A stretch of 63,828 bases of DNA, filler included, from Octopus bimaculoides (Eukaryota), in assembly GCF_001194135.2 (NCBI RefSeq). It is 9 parts of 9 records of this genome, joined end to end, with 100 filler letters (N's around TTAATTAATTAA, not from the genome) between each part and the next. Parts side by side here need not be neighbours in the genome. Positions count along the whole stretch, not along the records: positions 60,124 to 62,626 come from NC_068994.1; positions 62,727 to 63,828 come from NW_026380563.1; 7 more parts are not named here. One strand, 5' to 3'. Shown piece after piece: positions 60,124 through 63,828 of the stretch (the stretch's first letter is position 1; each line of letters starts with the position of its first letter). The notes under the pieces are model-generated. The model saw nothing but the letters and a program-made list of their open reading frames with translations, was not told the DNA's origin and did no database searches. The translations under genes and the position numbers were made by a program.

Positions 60124-60765
60124 CCCACAAGAGGCTAAACGTAGAGGGGACAAACAAGGACAGACAAAGGGATTAAGTCGATTACATCGACCCCAGTACG
60201 TAACTGGTACTTAATTTATCGACCCCGAAAGGATGAAAGGCAAAGTCGACCTCTGCAGAATTTGAACTCAGAACGTAACGGCAGACGAAATACCGCTAAG
60301 CATTCCGCCCGGCGCGCTAACTATTCTGCCAGCTCACCGCCTTGATCCAGCTCAAATATTACACCACCATTGTAATCCTTATCCCCCCACCACCACCACT
60401 CATTTACAGCCGAGTAGACTGGACCAATCACATGAAATGGAATGCACTGTATAAGGTACTTCATTTCAACGCGCTGCTCGGTTCGGGAATGGAACCCACG
60501 ACCTTATGATCTTGAAACGAACACCTCTAGCCACTGGGCCACAATGAAATTAATATCTTTCTAATTTTGGCACAAGGCCTGCAATTTTAGTGGGGGTTGG
60601 GTGAGCTTAAGTTGATTACATCGACTGCCAGTACTTGACTGGTATCTTGAACGGACGAAAGGCAAAGCTGACGTCGGTAGAATTTGAACTCACAACGTAA
60701 AGAGCCGTTTGAAATCGCTGGCTCTAAACATTTTGTTCGACGCACTAACGATCTACCAGCTCGCT
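60124..60765 (-). mobile_element. SINE A (alternative tail) 60124-60343, SINE B head ~60470-60545, SINE A 60555-60765
   Basis: Reverse-complement matches to other copies. Confidence 0.8.
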
Positions 60766-61873
60766 TAATTCCTCGTCGAAATCATTACAAGAACGATTAA
60801 ATATATCACATCTCACCAGTCACGTGCCTAATTGCACGCGCTGTAATCTGATCTCAGATAAACTTCACAGCTAAAATAGTCCTCGAAAAAAAAAAAAACA
60901 GAGAAAAAAAAACAGGAAAAAAAAATTTAATCAGATTTATTTAATTTCGTGACACATTTAGAGATTATCAGCGACACAATCATAATGTGTCGCGGCACAT
61001 TGTTTGGAAAGCTCTGATTTCAGAAATGACTCGGAAAACACCGGGATTTTCTGGCAAAGAAGCTATCTCCTCTCTCTCCCCCCCATTTTCTCTTTGTTCC
61101 ACTCTCTCTCTCCTTCACTTCTTTCTCTCCTTGTTCCGCTTCCTCGTCTTCGCACTCNNNNNNNNNNNNNNNNNNNNNNNNNNNNNNNNNNNNNNNNNNN
61201 NNNNNNNNNNNNNNNNNNNNNNNNNNNNNNNNNNNNNNNNNNNNNNNNNNNNNNNNNNNNNNNNNNNNNNNNNNNNNNNNNNNNNNNNNNNNNNNNNNNN
61301 NNNNNNNNNNNNNNNNNNNNNNNNNNNNNNNNNNNNNNNNNNNNNNNNNNNNNNNNNNNNNNNNNNNNNNNNNNNNNNNNNNNNNNNNNNNNNNNNNNNN
61401 NNNNNNNNNNNNNNNNNNNNNNNNNNNNNNNNNNNNNNNNNNNNNNNNNNNNNNNNNNNNNNNNNNNNNNNNNNNNNNNNNNNNNNNNNNNNNNNNNNNN
61501 NNNNNNNNNNNNNNNNNNNNNNNNNNNNNNNNNNNNNNNNNNNNNNNNNNNNNNNNNNNNNNNNNNNNNNNNNNNNNNNNNNNNNNNNNNNNNNNNNNNN
61601 NNNNNNNNNNNNNNNNNNNNNNNNNNNNNNNNNNNNNNNNNNNNNNNNNNNNNNNNNNNNNNNNNNNNNNNNNNNNNNNNNNNNNNNNNNNNNNNNNNNN
61701 NNNNNNNNNNNNNNNNNNNNNNNNNNNNNNNNNNNNNNNNNNNNNNNNNNNNNNNNNNNNNNNNNNNNNNNNNNNNNNNNNNNNNNNNNNNNNNNNNNNN
61801 NNNNNNNNNNNNNNNNNNNNNNNNNNNNNNNNNNNNNNNNNNNNNNNNNNNNNNNNNNNNNNNNNNNNNNNNN

Positions 61874-62180
61874 CACCACCACCACCACCACCACCTCAAC
61901 CATCACCACCACTACCATCATTACTAGCACCAACACTACCACAATGACCACCTACACCACCACCACCACAGCTACCACCATCACCACAGCTAACTCTACT
62001 ATCACCACATGGTTTACAACTACTGCCAATACTATAGCCACCACAAGTGTTAGCTTTACTACCACCATCACTACCACAACCACCACCAATACTTTTATCG
62101 ACATCAGTAACTTTACAACAATCTCTGGCACTACACCTACCCCCACCTCACCCCAACAATCCCCCGACACCACCACCACC
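61874..62180. repeat. Cryptic (ACC/ACT)n trinucleotide field
   Basis: Direct; gives the Thr-rich pseudo-ORF. Confidence 0.8.
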
Positions 62181-62726
62181 CTCAGCCCAATACACACACA
62201 TACCCACACCATCTCGCTCCACAAATACAACTATAAACAGAAACAACACAAAGTCACGGATACACACAGACAGACACGCCCTCCATCTTCGCCTCCGTCG
62301 CCACAATATCTTCACTCAACTTCGATCAAACGATCCACCATCCTCGCCCACCACCGACTAATCTACACACTCTCCCCTCCATCAAGCATCATCGATTTCA
62401 ATCTACATTGCAGCGACATCAGTGAGACATTCCAACAGTTGTTACTTTGCTGCAGCATCAACAGGCATCAAAAGCGTCTCGTAGCCCCGACCCCATCTTT
62501 TGGGTATTGTCGTTAATTGGTGAGGGGGCTAAACGGGGTCCACGTCCTTTGTGCATCTCTTCTTGTTCTCCTTATGTTCCCTCATCATCATTATCATCCT
62601 GTGCCACTTTTTACAATTAACAATGANNNNNNNNNNNNNNNNNNNNNNNNNNNNNNNNNNNNNNNNNNNNTTAATTAATTAANNNNNNNNNNNNNNNNNN
62701 NNNNNNNNNNNNNNNNNNNNNNNNNN

Positions 62727-62759
<33 letters not shown>

Positions 62760-63189
62760 TATGTGTGACATATGTATGTAGACAGGTGGCTTGACATGTC
62801 GGTATGCATGTATATCTGCATGTATTTATCAAGCATTTTAGCGTATCGATGTATTGATGAGTTTAAGAATTGAAGATGTGTGAAGATACGCAATGAAGTA
62901 AACGAAAAGATAATGAAAATTGTCTGTGATAAGAGCTAAAGAAAATAATAATTGAATTGAGCAAACTAATTTCTCCAAACTGATTTAGCAGCCAATCAAA
63001 TTTTCTACTGCACTTTGACTAAAGTTAATAAGACAATCGGATAATTCCATATGTGAAAATCTTCCAAAATGAATCTGCTTCGACTTAGAAAGTTTTGGAA
63101 TTGTCACTAAATCGTAACTCGATTATTTCTAATTCATTTTCATGTGATTCAATTAAAACGTGAATTTGTGTCAAGCATTTGAGATGGAT

Positions 63190-63362
<173 letters not shown>

Positions 63363-63828
63363 GTGGTAAGCAAACGCAGAAGTATGATGGATGTTCCCAA
63401 AATTTTGAACAAAAAAATATTTAATGAAAGGCTTACGGAAATGTATTAGCTATATTTACTTTCACAACCAGGCCCTCGTTTACATACATATATATCTGTA
63501 TGTATTCACATATACACACATATATATTTATATGTCTGTGTACGTGTAAAGATATACAGAACATGTGAGAATTTTCGTAGGGTATTTAGTTACATCATCT
63601 TACGTAGGTTTCACTGCTAAAAGATAGTTTAATAGTTACATAATTTAAATTGCGTAATAACATTTAATGTCAAATCGTCAGAGGCGTGTAATTTTCATAA
63701 TGTGCTCTGCGAAAAATCCATACCCCGGATTCATAACAAATGATGCAAATACAATAACACGCAATTTAAACATTAAATTGTCCTAGATGGCTATGTATAT
63801 ATGTATGCATATATATATATATATATAT

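Noticed and set aside
60987-62516. 509-aa Thr-rich mucin-like ORF
   Set aside because: About half is N gap and the rest is cryptic (ACC/ACT)n repeat; no splice or domain evidence.
22661-62726. Eight identical TTAATTAATTAA palindromes, superficially a regular repeat system
   Set aside because: Each is centred in a 100-bp N block; this is a scaffolding linker with stops in six frames, not biology.

Overview
AT-rich eukaryotic scaffold sequence, most likely a cephalopod (Octopus) draft assembly. This is inferred from the very heavy microsatellite load and recurrent tRNA-headed SINE families. It has many N gaps, eight of which carry an artificial TTAATTAATTAA linker. No intact, recognisable host gene is present, and most ORFs in the track are microsatellite or N-gap artefacts. 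The window is a layered transposon graveyard: a CR1/L2-like LINE with a two-LTR Gypsy element nested in it, a second Gypsy pol/LTR fragment, many R4/Dong-type RLE LINE fragments abutting (TAA)n tracts, Tx1/L1 and RTE LINE fragments, Penelope-like element (PLE) pieces, Tc1, maT and mariner relics, a hAT MITE, two Helitron-like 5' ends, and over 30 SINE copies from four families. Most notable: (1) a minimal type-I hammerhead ribozyme (one core change) downstream of PLE GIY-YIG remnants; (2) an apparent (TAA)n-targeting R4/Dong system with head-to-tail arrays and a probable non-autonomous partner element; (3) three long fold-back hairpins; (4) a head-to-head TTAGGG/CCCTAA patch with a G4 motif; (5) a YY1/NRF1/ETS motif cluster in a probable solo LTR; (6) one plausible orphan coding exon. 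All family assignments come from motif recognition by eye, not database searches.
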